Source: a bacterium (lineage in GTDB: Bacteria > SZUA-182 > DTGQ01 > JAFGSM01). Taken from it: DNA of 64,000 bases. Shown piece by piece: positions 21,130 to 31,445 of the stretch; the first letter of the stretch is position 1; each line of letters opens with the position of its first letter. The position numbers were made by a program, and so were the translations under genes. Below the pieces are notes generated by a model that made no database searches, was not told where the DNA came from, and saw nothing but the letters and a program-made list of their open reading frames with translations. Where the stretch lies: the NCBI GenBank assembly GCA_049472315.1, contig JBLIRN010000003.1, positions 1 through 64,000 on the forward strand. The letters are read 5' to 3'.

Positions 21130-21227
21130 TTGAGAATTCCCTGTAGCCTGCTACAGGGTTACCTGCAATATAAAAAGAAAAATTTTTGCCTTTGGATACC
21201 CCGCAGCTTGCTGCGGGGAGGATTCAA
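21130..21227. mobile_element. Non-autonomous IS200/IS605-type or REP-like element with twin hairpins
   Basis: CCCTGTAGC-CT-GCTACAGGG (21139-21158) and CCCCGCAGC-TT-GCTGCGGGG (21199-21218) with compensatory changes; bounded by TTGA and TCAA. Confidence 0.6.
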
Positions 21228-21235
21228 TGATATCC

Positions 21236-21715
21236 CTATTTCTTTCCCCTGGTCATGGCCACCTTGCCGGTGCGGGCGATTTCGATGATCCCGAATGACT
21301 TGAGGAGGCCTATGAGGGCCTCTATCTTGTCCAGCACCCCGGTTACCTCCAGGGTGAGGCTCTTTGGTGACACATCAACGATCTTTCCCCGGAAGATATC
21401 GCAGATCCTCAAAATCTCGGCCCTGTTCTGTGAATCGGCAAACACCTTCAGCAGGACCATCTCCCGCTCCACGTATTCCGCATCGGAAAGATCGCTCACC
21501 TTTATGACGTCGATCAGCCTGCGGAGCTGTTTTATCACCTGCTCGATGATCTGGTCATCACCCGAGGTGACCAGGGTCATCCTGGATATGGTGGGATCGA
21601 TCGTTTCGCCGACCGAAAGGCTGTCGATATTGAATCCGCGGGCACTGAAGAGCCCGGCTATCCGGGCCAGGACCCCGAACTTGTTTTCTACCATTACCGT
21701 TATCGTATGGCGCAC
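21236..21715 (-). CDS. ilvN: Acetolactate synthase small subunit, copy 1
   Basis: [28 protein letters not shown] domain; EIARTG. Confidence 0.97.
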   Translation of the reverse strand: MRHTITVMVENKFGVLARIAGLFSARGFNIDSLSVGETIDPTISRMTLVTSGDDQIIEQVIKQLRRLIDVIKVSDLSDAEYVEREMVLLKVFADSQNRAEILRICDIFRGKIVDVSPKSLTLEVTGVLDKIEALIGLLKSFGIIEIARTGKVAMTRGKK

Positions 21716-21728
21716 TGTTCGATTCTCC

Positions 21729-22211
21729 TCAGCCCAGGCTTCTCAACCCGAGAGCGATGAGTCCCGTTCTGGCCATCTCGTCGATGCCGTAGGGATTTAG
21801 CAGGTTGACAATATTGTTGATGACCCGTTCCTCCCCTGCAATCTCGATGGTGATGGTCTCCTCCGACATATCCACCACCTTGGCGCCGAATACCTCGGCG
21901 ATTTCGATGATCTCGTGGCGCGTCTGCGGTGTGGACATCACGGTGATGATGGCCAGTTCCCGGGTCACTGCGCGTCCGAACTTGAGATCCGCGACGCTGA
22001 TGACATCGACCAGCTTCTGGAGTTGCTTGCTCACTTGCTCCAGCACATACTCATCGCCGCTTACCACGATGGTGATCCGTGAGATCGAGGGGTCCTCCGT
22101 CTCTCCAGCCACCAGGCTCTCAATATTGTATGATCGCCTGGTAAACAACCCTGCAACGTGAGAGAGCACGCCTGCGTGGTTTCTCACCAGCACCGAGAGG
22201 ATATGTCTCAT
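21729..22211 (-). CDS. ilvN: Acetolactate synthase small subunit, copy 2
   Basis: [35 protein letters not shown]-coupled to ilvB copy 2. Confidence 0.95.
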   Translation of the reverse strand: MRHILSVLVRNHAGVLSHVAGLFTRRSYNIESLVAGETEDPSISRITIVVSGDEYVLEQVSKQLQKLVDVISVADLKFGRAVTRELAIITVMSTPQTRHEIIEIAEVFGAKVVDMSEETITIEIAGEERVINNIVNLLNPYGIDEMARTGLIALGLRSLG

Positions 22212-23896
22212 TTCGTATCCCCCCTGTCCAGCATTTGATTGATGGCACCCCCGGGGGGGACCATGGGATAGACATTTTCCTCGGGAGAGACATGGAAATC
22301 GATCACCACCGGCTTCTCGATTCCGATGGCCTCCTCTATGGCAGGCCGCACCTCCTCGGGTCTGGTCACCACAATACCCTCCGCCCTGTATCCCTTGGCA
22401 ATGGCGGCAAAATCCGGGTTTTCATTGAGGCAGGTATGAGAATAGCGGCATCCGAAGAAGATTTCCTGCCATTGACGAACCATTCCCAGAAACCCGTTGT
22501 TGAGTATGGCGATCTTGACGTTGATCTTGTTCTGGACGGCGGTTGCAAGCTCCTGGATGTTCATCTGAAAGCTCCCGTCGCCGGCGATGTCGAATACCAC
22601 CCGGTCGGGGCATCCCACCTTCGCCCCTATGGCGGCGGGAAATCCGAAGCCCATGGTGCCCAACCCTCCGGAGGAGATAAAGGAACGTGGGTGTTTGGGA
22701 TGGTAGTACTGGGCAGCCCACATCTGGTTCTGGCCCACCTCGGTGGTGACGATCGCCTCCCCGCCGGTGATGTCGCATATCTGCTCGATGACATACTGAG
22801 GCTTGATCTCGCAATCGGACCGTTCGTAGCTCAGGGGGTACTCCCTCTTCCATTCCTCGATGCGGGTGAGCCATTCGGGGTGTTCCTGGGGATCGGTCAT
22901 GGTGCAGAGGTCGGCCAGGATCTCCCGTGCATTCCCTATGATGGGTATATGCACCTTCACGATCTTGCCGATCTCCGCGGGGTCGATGTCGATATGGATG
23001 ATGCGGGCATGTGAAGCAAACTTCTTGACATCCCCGGTCACCCTGTCGTCAAAGCGGGCACCCACGGCGATCAACAGATCCGATTCGGTCACCGCATAGT
23101 TTGCATAGCGAGTGCCGTGCATTCCCAGCATGCCTAGAGAGAGGGCATGCGATTCAGGGAAGGACCCCTTTCCCATGAGGGTGGTGGTGACCGGTATGGA
23201 CGCCTTTTCTGCCAGTTCCCTGAGCGGTGCCTCCGCACCCGAGGAGATCGCACCTCCCCCCACATAGAAGACAGGTCGTTTCGCGTTTTTGATGGCCTCC
23301 GCAGCCAGCTTGAGATACCGTTGATTCTCTTCTCTATACCGTGACGAGGAGGGATTGGGATACGCCTCGCGGTTTACCCGTTCGTACCGCGTGGTTTCCT
23401 TCACCTGGACATCCTTGGGGAGATCCACCAGGATCGGCCCTGGACGGTCGCTGGTGGCGAGATGGAATGCCTCATCCAGGACATCCCTCAGGTTTTCCAC
23501 GTTTCTGACAAGGTAGTTGTATTTGGTGATAGGGATGGTGATGCCGTAAATGTCGGCCTCTTGAAAGCTGTCATTACCGATCATGGAGGTGGGTACCTGT
23601 CCGGTGAAGGCCACCAGGGGCACGGAATCCATGCATGCATTGGCAAGGCCCGTCACCAAGTTCGTTGCCCCAGGTCCGGAGGTGGCAATGCAGACGCCGA
23701 CCTTGCCGGTGGCCCGCGCATACCCGTCCGCCGCATGCACGGCCCCCTGTTCGTGCCTGGTGAGAATGTGACGGATGGGGGATTGATAGAGCTGGTCATA
23801 GATGGGAAGCACCGCTCCCCCGGGGAACCCGAAAATCGTATCCACCCCGTGTTCGATCAGCGTATCCACGAATAACTTGGCGCCACTCTTTTTCAC
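22208..23896 (-). CDS. ilvB: Acetolactate synthase large subunit, copy 2
   Basis: [28 protein letters not shown]...NN TPP motif. Confidence 0.97.
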   Translation of the reverse strand: MKKSGAKLFVDTLIEHGVDTIFGFPGGAVLPIYDQLYQSPIRHILTRHEQGAVHAADGYARATGKVGVCIATSGPGATNLVTGLANACMDSVPLVAFTGQVPTSMIGNDSFQEADIYGITIPITKYNYLVRNVENLRDVLDEAFHLATSDRPGPILVDLPKDVQVKETTRYERVNREAYPNPSSSRYREENQRYLKLAAEAIKNAKRPVFYVGGGAISSGAEAPLRELAEKASIPVTTTLMGKGSFPESHALSLGMLGMHGTRYANYAVTESDLLIAVGARFDDRVTGDVKKFASHARIIHIDIDPAEIGKIVKVHIPIIGNAREILADLCTMTDPQEHPEWLTRIEEWKREYPLSYERSDCEIKPQYVIEQICDITGGEAIVTTEVGQNQMWAAQYYHPKHPRSFISSGGLGTMGFGFPAAIGAKVGCPDRVVFDIAGDGSFQMNIQELATAVQNKINVKIAILNNGFLGMVRQWQEIFFGCRYSHTCLNENPDFAAIAKGYRAEGIVVTRPEEVRPAIEEAIGIEKPVVIDFHVSPEENVYPMVPPGGAINQMLDRGDTK

Positions 23897-25563
23897 GGCA
23901 GAATCATCTCCTCGATCCCGGCCCCTGCGGGGACCATGGGGAAAACGTTTTCTTCTCTGGCAACGCGCACATCAACAACCACGGGTTTATCGGTTGCGAA
24001 TGCCTCTTCAAGCACCGGACGCAGCTCATCGGGTTTCTCGGCCCTGAGGCCGACGGCGCCGTATGCCTCAGCCAATTTGACGAAGTCGGGCGAGCAGTCC
24101 AGGCAGGTTCCGGAGTACCGCTTCTTCATGAACAGATCCTGCCATTGCCTGACCATGCCCAGGTACTGGTTGTTGAGGATGACCACATTCACCGGCACAT
24201 TGTACTGCACCGCTGTGGCAAGTTCCTGGGAGACCATCTGGAAACTCCCATCGCCCGCCACATCGATGACCAGTGCGTCGGGCCGTGACAGTTGCGCGCC
24301 GATGGCTGCCGGGAATCCGAATCCCATGGTCCCGAGCCCGCCCGAGGAGAGGAATGTCCTGGGTTTCGTAAAGGTGTAGTAGTGGGCGACCCACATCTGG
24401 TGCTGCCCGACCTCGGTGGCAATGACGGTGGTGCGGTCCTTGGTGAGATCGTAGATCTCCTTCACCACGCACTGTGGTTTTATGATCGTATCCGAACACT
24501 CGAAGGTCAGGGGGAAGTCCCGTTTCCAGGTCTCGATACGCTCGAGCCATCCCGACCGGTCCACCGGATGGATCTCCTTGGTCAGTGCGGTGAGGATGGC
24601 CTTGGCATCCCCCACGATGGGGACCTGGACCCTGATATTCTTGCTTATGGCTGTCGGGTCAATATCGATATGGATGTAGGTGGCATTGGGTGCGAACTTG
24701 TCCAGCCTACCGGTAACCCGATCGTCAAACCGCGCACCGATTGCTATGAGCAGGTCGCACTCGGTCACGGCCATGTTGGCGTATTTGGTTCCATGCATCC
24801 CCAGCATGCCGAGAAAATGGGGGTTGAGGCCGCTGATACCCCCCAATCCCATAAGGGTTGTGGTGATCGGAAGATGACCTGTGTCTACCAGCCGGGTCAA
24901 TTCCTCGGCAGCGCCCGAGGCGATAACACCGCCCCCCGCATAGACCACCGGTCTTTTCGACTCGTTGATGAGCTTCGCAGCCATGCCGATCTGCTTCGGG
25001 TGCCCATGGAAGGTGGGCTTGTATCCCCGCAAATCCAACTCCTTGGGATAGTGAAAGGGACAGCTATCCAGGAGCACATCCTTGGGCAGGTCCACGAGGA
25101 CCGGCCCCGGACGTCCGGTGGTGGCGATGTGGAACGCTTCCTTGACCGTCCTGGCCAAGTCCTTGACATCCCTCACCAGGTAGTTGTGTTTGGTGATCGA
25201 TCTGGTGATGCCGACGATATCCGCCTCCTGGAATGCATCGTTCCCGATCATGCTGGTGGGGACCTGCCCGGTGAAGGCGACCATCGGGATGGAATCCATG
25301 TAGGCGGTGGCAAGGCCGGTGACGATATTGGTGGCACCCGGCCCGGAGGTGGTCATGCATACCCCGGCCCTTCCGCTCGCCCGGGCATATCCGTCTGCGG
25401 CATGGACTGCGCCCTGTTCGTGGCGCACCAGGATGTGCTGGATAGGGGAATCAAGGAGCAGGTCATAGATCCCCAGGACGGTCGCCCCGGGAAAACCGAA
25501 TATGTGGGTAACCCCTTCCTTGCGAAGGCTTTCCAAGAATATCTGAGAGCCTGTCATGGTCAT
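23893..25563 (-). CDS. ilvB: Acetolactate synthase large subunit, copy 1
   Basis: [28 protein letters not shown]...NN. Confidence 0.97.
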   Translation of the reverse strand: MTMTGSQIFLESLRKEGVTHIFGFPGATVLGIYDLLLDSPIQHILVRHEQGAVHAADGYARASGRAGVCMTTSGPGATNIVTGLATAYMDSIPMVAFTGQVPTSMIGNDAFQEADIVGITRSITKHNYLVRDVKDLARTVKEAFHIATTGRPGPVLVDLPKDVLLDSCPFHYPKELDLRGYKPTFHGHPKQIGMAAKLINESKRPVVYAGGGVIASGAAEELTRLVDTGHLPITTTLMGLGGISGLNPHFLGMLGMHGTKYANMAVTECDLLIAIGARFDDRVTGRLDKFAPNATYIHIDIDPTAISKNIRVQVPIVGDAKAILTALTKEIHPVDRSGWLERIETWKRDFPLTFECSDTIIKPQCVVKEIYDLTKDRTTVIATEVGQHQMWVAHYYTFTKPRTFLSSGGLGTMGFGFPAAIGAQLSRPDALVIDVAGDGSFQMVSQELATAVQYNVPVNVVILNNQYLGMVRQWQDLFMKKRYSGTCLDCSPDFVKLAEAYGAVGLRAEKPDELRPVLEEAFATDKPVVVDVRVAREENVFPMVPAGAGIEEMILP

Positions 25564-25712
25564 TGGTCTCACTTCCACGTATTATAGGTGTCTATATGAT
25601 CGGGGAATCCCGACTGGGTGCCGCACCGGAGGGGTGGCCTGCCCAGGAATACCCGATGCATACCATATGCGAGATTTACATCGTATACTGTCACAAATGT
25701 TCGTATGAAGGC

Positions 25713-27389
25713 TTACGCCTTCCGGGGATTTCTGAGGATCGCCCCGGTGCTCGCCGATGTCACCAGGCTGCTGTACCGTGCCAGGTACCCTGTCTGGATC
25801 TTGGGTGCGGGGGCCTTCCATCGTTCACCCCTTCGCTTAAGCTCCTCCTGGGAGACAAGTGCCTCCAGCCGTCTGCCGGGGATATCGATCCGTATGGGAT
25901 CCCCGTCCTGGATCAGGGCGATGGTACCTCCCTCCATGGCCTCCGGTGATACATGCCCGATGCACGGTCCCCTGGTCCCCCCTGAGAAACGCCCGTCCGT
26001 AATGAGGGCGACGGAATCGGCAAGCCCCATACCCATAATGGCTGCGGTGGGGGAGAGCATCTCCCGCATCCCCGGCCCTCCCTTGGGGCCTTCGTAACGG
26101 ATGACCAGCACATCCCCCGGATGGATAGCCCTTCCCATGATCGCCTTCATGGCGGCCTCCTCCGATTCGAAGCAGCGGGCCTTCCCCTCGAACACCATCA
26201 TCTCCGGTTTCACCGCCGATTGCTTGACAATCGATCCATCGGGTGCGAGGTTCCCCTTCAGTACCGCCATACCACCCTCCTTGTGGTACGGCCGGTCCAA
26301 CGGCCTGATGATATCGTCATCACATATAACGGCCTGGTCGGCGATTTCATGGGTGGTGGAACCGGTCACCGTGGGGGTGTCATGCAGCTTGTCCTTGATT
26401 CTCTTCTGGACCCCGGGAACCCCCCCGGCTGCATCGAGGTCCTCCATGAAATGGTCCCCGCCCGGCCTGAGGTTGGTCAAATGGGGCGTATCACGGCTGA
26501 TGTCGTCGAAGAGGTCCAGGGGAAGGTCCACCCCTGCATCCGCCGCGATTGCGGGCAGATGGAGGGCGGTATTGGTGGAACCCCCCAGGGTCATATCGAT
26601 GCGGACCGCGTTTTCAAAGGACTTCCGGGTGAGGAACATCCGTGCGTGCTGATCATTCCTTATCAAATCCACCACCCTTCGGCCGCTTTCGAATGCAATG
26701 CGCCTTTTTTGTGCGGAGACCGCAAGCGCGGTGGCGGAACCGGCCAGGGACATCCCCAGTGCCTCCGTCATGCAGGCCATGGTATTGGCGGTATACAGCC
26801 CCTGGCAGGAACCCGCACCGGGGCACGCCGCGATCTCGAGGTCGGACAGTTCCTCCTGTGAGATCTCCCCCTTCTGATAGCGGCCCACCGCCTCAAAGGT
26901 GTCCCTCACCAGGGAGAGACGTCGCATCTTATGCCTGCCTGCAAGCATCGGCCCGGCGGTGACCACGACGGCAGGCAGATCGAGACGAGCGGCCGCCATC
27001 AGCATGCCGGGGGTGATCTTGTCACAGTTGGTGAGAAGCACGATGCCGTCGAGGGAATGCGCCATGACGATGCTCTCGATCATGTCGGCGATGAGCTCCC
27101 GCGAGGGGAGGGAATAGTGCATTCCGGAGTGCCCCATGGCGATGCCGTCGCAGATTCCCGGGACGCTGGTTATGAAACTATATCCCCCGCCCGAATGGAT
27201 GCCCTTCTCGACGAATCGTTCCATGTCACGCATGCCGATATGCCCGGGAATGAGATCGGTAAAGGAGGAAACGAGCCCTATCAAGGGGGTTTCGAGTGCG
27301 GAACGCGGGAATCCCGTGGCGTACAGAAGTGCACGGTGAGGCGCCCGCTCGATACCGGCAAGGATCGTTTGACTTTTCAGGTTATTCAT
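25713..27389 (-). CDS. ilvD: Dihydroxy-acid dehydratase
   Basis: [39 protein letters not shown]. Confidence 0.98.
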   Translation of the reverse strand: MNNLKSQTILAGIERAPHRALLYATGFPRSALETPLIGLVSSFTDLIPGHIGMRDMERFVEKGIHSGGGYSFITSVPGICDGIAMGHSGMHYSLPSRELIADMIESIVMAHSLDGIVLLTNCDKITPGMLMAAARLDLPAVVVTAGPMLAGRHKMRRLSLVRDTFEAVGRYQKGEISQEELSDLEIAACPGAGSCQGLYTANTMACMTEALGMSLAGSATALAVSAQKRRIAFESGRRVVDLIRNDQHARMFLTRKSFENAVRIDMTLGGSTNTALHLPAIAADAGVDLPLDLFDDISRDTPHLTNLRPGGDHFMEDLDAAGGVPGVQKRIKDKLHDTPTVTGSTTHEIADQAVICDDDIIRPLDRPYHKEGGMAVLKGNLAPDGSIVKQSAVKPEMMVFEGKARCFESEEAAMKAIMGRAIHPGDVLVIRYEGPKGGPGMREMLSPTAAIMGMGLADSVALITDGRFSGGTRGPCIGHVSPEAMEGGTIALIQDGDPIRIDIPGRRLEALVSQEELKRRGERWKAPAPKIQTGYLARYSSLVTSASTGAILRNPRKA

Positions 27390-27666
27390 ATTTACTCCTT
27401 TGTCCGTCACCCCTTTGGGATGCCTTTTCATTACACCGGCCCTCCCTTGAGATGCATCCCTGGATGATTTCAGCCATTCTGTCCTTCGTCCAGAGTTTTT
27501 GTTTCTTTATCTCCCTTTCCATCTGCTCCTGCTGAGGAGTGAGAAAGGCATGCCGTGTAAGCTCTTCGAGCCTTTTCTCATATTCCCTGTGTTTTTCTTC
27601 GAGCTTCTTGAATTCCCTATTATGCTGACGAAGCACTTCCACGATCTTGGACTTGTCAGGGTACAT
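27382..27666 (-). CDS. DUF465/YdcH-like small coiled-coil protein
   Basis: [13 protein letters not shown]...[13 protein letters not shown] pattern; start uncertain (27666 or 27675). Confidence 0.75.
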   Translation of the reverse strand: MYPDKSKIVEVLRQHNREFKKLEEKHREYEKRLEELTRHAFLTPQQEQMEREIKKQKLWTKDRMAEIIQGCISREGRCNEKASQRGDGQRSKYE

Positions 27667-27737
27667 CGTTACCATCTCCCCTAAAAACGCCGGTAGGTTC
27701 AATGACATCATGCCGTGGTCCGCGCATGGGCAGTGGA

Positions 27738-29189
27738 CTACGGCCTTAGTTCAAACCCGTCCTCGAGGACCTTGTTGATCTCTTGCAGGCGAGATCGTGT
27801 CTCGGGCGTTTGAGGGGACCGTAAGAGATTACCCTTTTCGCTATTGAGCCTGATCCTGTCCGCGTGGGTGAGGATATGGATCTTGTCCGAATTGGCGAGG
27901 AGAACACCCGGCACCTTTATTGCCGTGCTCTCTGCCCCGTCACTCAATTCCTCCTGGTGCACCTTGGTGAGAAAAAGCTGGGCCAGTTTTTCCGGTTCCT
28001 GAGTATCCTTGGATCGAAAGATTGCCAAAAGCTCATTTCTCATTTCGGATCTGACCAGAATGGAGCTCTGAACCGATTTCATATCCCCGGGGATGTATGC
28101 CCGCAAGATGGTGCTGTCCTCAGGAGGAGCGAGGGAAGGGGGAGCAGGCTCCGGTGCGGGGATGACCACAGGGGCGGGTGGTGCCACCGTGGGGGGCGCC
28201 ACCGGTTCTTTTGGAACCGATGCCACCTCGATCGGTTTTTCCAGGACCCCCTTGGTGAAGGGCATTGCTTCATATTCAGCCTTTCCTTTAGGGGGAAGGG
28301 GCTTTTGAACGACAACCGGAGGTTCCGGGCTCGGCGCCGGCGCCTTTTTGGCTTCGGCCACATCCATTTTGGCCTTGGTGAGCCAGGTTTGCACCTCTCG
28401 GGCATCCGCGCTGTTCGGCTGCTCGTATTTCAGGAATCCCTCGTAATACATGATCGCCTTTTCATTGTCATTCAGTTCGAAGTCATAGGTTTTGCCGAGA
28501 TTGTACAGCGCATCCGTATAATTCGGTCTGAGATCGAGGGCCTTTTGATACTCCCTGACCGCCATTTGATGCTTTCCCTCCCTGCTGTAAAGATTCCCCC
28601 GGTTTTTATGGGCAATCGCCTTTTTGTAGCTTTCCTCATCCGGTTCCTGGGCCGCTTTTTCAGGCGGTGCCGGTTTCTCCGGCACAGGGACGGCAACGGG
28701 GGGGGCAGCCGGCAAAGGCGGTGGTGTGACCACCACGGCGGGAGGGGGTTCCGCTGGAGGCGCCGGAGGGGTGACAACCACCGCAGGGGGCTCGGCCTTT
28801 TTTTCAACCGCGAGTTGTTGCGGTTTTATGCCATGCTCCTGTTCAATGGTTGCCAGCCAGCCCTTTATTTGTTGGGCGTCAGGGGTGTTGCCTTCGAATT
28901 CCAGAAATTTTTGCAGATAATTTGCCGCCTTTTGATAGTCCTTCAGATCGCTGTAATAGGTAACCCCCAAATTGTAATACGCGTCCACATACTGGGGATA
29001 AATCCTGACTGCCTCTTCATATTCTTTGACCGCCTTCTGGAACTCCCCATTATCACAATATTCATTTCCCAGACGGTTATGGGTCTCCGCCTCCTGAGGG
29101 ACCTGGGCGAGGGATAGAGAGGGACTCAACAGTGCGAGTGAAATGATGGACACCCAGATTGCTGTTTTGAGATCGCGTACCCTGAGCAT
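27738..29189 (-). CDS. Exported TPR protein with two TPR clusters and Pro-rich linkers
   Basis: Signal peptide ending SLA; HNRLGNEY...AYYNLG and HKNRGNLY...ALYNLG; PPAVVVTPP linkers. Confidence 0.9.
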   Translation of the reverse strand: MLRVRDLKTAIWVSIISLALLSPSLSLAQVPQEAETHNRLGNEYCDNGEFQKAVKEYEEAVRIYPQYVDAYYNLGVTYYSDLKDYQKAANYLQKFLEFEGNTPDAQQIKGWLATIEQEHGIKPQQLAVEKKAEPPAVVVTPPAPPAEPPPAVVVTPPPLPAAPPVAVPVPEKPAPPEKAAQEPDEESYKKAIAHKNRGNLYSREGKHQMAVREYQKALDLRPNYTDALYNLGKTYDFELNDNEKAIMYYEGFLKYEQPNSADAREVQTWLTKAKMDVAEAKKAPAPSPEPPVVVQKPLPPKGKAEYEAMPFTKGVLEKPIEVASVPKEPVAPPTVAPPAPVVIPAPEPAPPSLAPPEDSTILRAYIPGDMKSVQSSILVRSEMRNELLAIFRSKDTQEPEKLAQLFLTKVHQEELSDGAESTAIKVPGVLLANSDKIHILTHADRIRLNSEKGNLLRSPQTPETRSRLQEINKVLEDGFELRP

Positions 29190-29636
29190 TGCTTTGATCT
29201 CCTTTCTTTAAAACTTTCGCTCTTTAGCCGGCCACTTCCGGTGATGGCCCGGTTATTAACGCAGGACGTGCAATAAACATCACTCTATCATACCATCTTG
29301 AGCAATGTCAAGGTAGTCTACCCGCAATTTCGTAGAAAAAACAAGATACTAAACACGGTCGCAGGTGATTCGGTCGCTCCCTCGGCCCCGGTGTTTGCGA
29401 TACGGAGGTGCCGCGCATAATAAAACCGGTTGACTTTTATACCGTTTTGCCATACAGTAGGGCCGTTGGGAGGCTGTCTGCGCCGCCACCCCACCCACGG
29501 GGATTATCCATGATTCCGTCAACAAGGGCCCGCTCACGTGTTCCCTCTTGAGGGAAAAGGAATTCATGCATTAGTTTGATGCGGTCTTCATCCACTTGAG
29601 CGGAATGACTGGGTACCATTTCATTACACAGGATTC

Positions 29637-30323
29637 ATGACGTCTCTTTCGTCCCTTTTTGGTATTATCGTAGGTTCCTCACATTTTGAGGGGGGGTTGG
29701 TCACCCTCTTTGCCCGGGATCAGGTGAGAAACGCCCTGATACAGGTGTTGCAGCCCTTTTCGTCAGGGGCCCTTCTCTCCCTGGCCATTGTACATCTGCT
29801 CCCCTTGTCTCTCAGGATGTTTCCCTGGTCTGCAGTGGTGCTCCTCGGCACTATTGCCGGGCTCATGGTGCTGTCGGAATTCAATACACCCGACAGGGTC
29901 CTGGTCCTTACCCCCCGGTGGGGCCAGGGGTTTCTCCTCATGGTGTATTCTTTGAGTCTGGGGATTGTGCTGGGCATTCCACTCCCGCTGGGATTCCGGA
30001 TGGTCCTTATCGCCGCTATTGTTGGGATTCCGGTCCAGTTTGTGCAGGGGGTGAAGCGGAGTGTCAGAAAATCGGGCCAGCGGGAAAGGGGAGGTATGAT
30101 GCGGCTCGTGGTGACCTCCCTGCCCATACCATTGACCGTATTTGTGCTGCAGGTACTCTCCCCGCGGCTTTCTTCCGCGCATGTCGGTTTTCTTCTTTCC
30201 TTCGCCTCCGCAGTGATCTTCTACCAGGGCATGCTGGAATTCCGGATACCCTATCCCTTTTCACGATCCGCCTTGAAGGTCCTCTATTTCCTCACCGGGG
30301 TCTTTCTCGTGTACTGCCTGTAG
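29637..30323 (+). CDS. Polytopic membrane protein, divergent ZIP-like
   Basis: FSSGALLSLAIVHLLP and LLSFASAVIFY resemble ZIP TM2 and TM7; the central metal motifs are absent. Confidence 0.55.
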   Translation: MTSLSSLFGIIVGSSHFEGGLVTLFARDQVRNALIQVLQPFSSGALLSLAIVHLLPLSLRMFPWSAVVLLGTIAGLMVLSEFNTPDRVLVLTPRWGQGFLLMVYSLSLGIVLGIPLPLGFRMVLIAAIVGIPVQFVQGVKRSVRKSGQRERGGMMRLVVTSLPIPLTVFVLQVLSPRLSSAHVGFLLSFASAVIFYQGMLEFRIPYPFSRSALKVLYFLTGVFLVYCL

Positions 30324-30340
30324 ACCATTAAATTTCGGAG

Positions 30341-30532
30341 AACGGGAAGGGGGGTGCGCCTGTGTGCCTGCGGACGAGCACTACAGCCTGTCGGCGAAGC
30401 TGAGGAAAAGCACACCGCTTGTTCGAGCCCGAAGGGCGAGTTGAGGTGTGCCCGAAGCAAGCCTTACAGGCTGTGTGCAAGGGAGCCGAAACAAAAGGCG
30501 CATCCCCCTTCCCATACAATACTGAACAATTA
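30341..30532. repeat. Full-length structured palindromic intergenic element (MITE-like or ncRNA-like)
   Basis: Terminal arms GGGAAGGGGGGTGCGCCT / AGGCGCATCCCCCTTCCC with three nested stems; related copy at 214-295. Confidence 0.8.
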
Positions 30533-30584
30533 TTTCTTTGCCAACTACGCGCCGTTATGGTATTTTAGAAGGAAATCGCTATGA

Positions 30585-31139
30585 ATGCATACAGGAGACC
30601 CTGATATGGATGGAAATACGGATGGATCCCAGCCCGCCAAGAGATACAGACTAACCATACTGGGATTGGGGAACCTTTTGTTCAAAGACGAGGGATTCGG
30701 GGTCCATTTTGTAAGGGCGTTTCAGGGCAAGTACCGCCTCCCCGATGATGTAGCCGTTATAGACGGCGGCACCCTCGGGTATATGCTCATGGATGACATC
30801 TGTCAGACCGAGCACCTGGTGGTTGTGGATACGGTGAGGGCCGATGACGCCCCCGGCTCAATTTACCGTTTCACTCCCGAGGCGATTCCCCTGCGGGTGC
30901 ATTACAATGTAAGCGCCCATGAGGTGGAGTTCCTGGACGTACTCTCCAAGGCGGCAATGCTGGGGGAGGCCCCCGAGACCGTGATCATCGCGGTCGTGCC
31001 CGAGGACATTGTGGGCACGGGGATTGAGCTGACCCCGTCGGTACAGGCATCTCTGCCGAAGGTGGAGGCACTGGTGAAGGAGGAATTGCATAGGATGGGG
31101 GTCGCGGTTGACGAGATGCACCCTGAGCAGGTGGGGTGA
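30585..31139 (+). CDS. Hydrogenase maturation endopeptidase (HyaD/HybD family)
   Basis: LGLGNLLFKDEGFG, IDGGT, SAHE; start may be 30606. Confidence 0.93.
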   Translation: MHTGDPDMDGNTDGSQPAKRYRLTILGLGNLLFKDEGFGVHFVRAFQGKYRLPDDVAVIDGGTLGYMLMDDICQTEHLVVVDTVRADDAPGSIYRFTPEAIPLRVHYNVSAHEVEFLDVLSKAAMLGEAPETVIIAVVPEDIVGTGIELTPSVQASLPKVEALVKEELHRMGVAVDEMHPEQVG

Positions 31140-31196
31140 GACACCGGGGTTTCACTACGTAATAACCCCCAATCCGTTGAAAGAGGAACATCGATC

Positions 31197-31445
31197 ATGT
31201 GTATTGCATTTCCGGCAAAGGTATTCAAGATCGAGGAGAACAACATGGCCCTGGTCGAGATCGAGGGGACGGTCAAGAGGGTCTCCCTTGATCTCTTGGA
31301 TGGGGAGGTCTCCCTGGGCGATTATGTCATTTCCCATGCAGGATTTGCCATCCATCTCGTGGATAAGGATGCCGCCGAGGAGAGGCTTGAGCTCCTCAGG
31401 GAATTGATCAGCATCGAATGCGGGGATGAACAGGAATCGCCATGA
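31197..31445 (+). CDS. hypC: Hydrogenase assembly chaperone HypC
   Basis: MCIAFPAKV, GDYVISHAGFAI. Confidence 0.96.
   Translation: MCIAFPAKVFKIEENNMALVEIEGTVKRVSLDLLDGEVSLGDYVISHAGFAIHLVDKDAAEERLELLRELISIECGDEQESP

Noticed and set aside
25595..25660. Attenuator or T-box between ilvD and ilvB
   Set aside because: A loose hairpin exists, but there is no Ile/Leu/Val-rich leader peptide, T-box motif or U-tract
2258..29117. Long plus-strand ORFs opposite rpoD, mutS2, NIF3, leuA, ilvB and the TPR gene
   Set aside because: Antisense shadows of well-supported minus-strand genes
29349..29619. Two short minus-strand ORFs upstream of the TPR gene
   Set aside because: No family motif or RBS; they overlap the probable divergent promoter region
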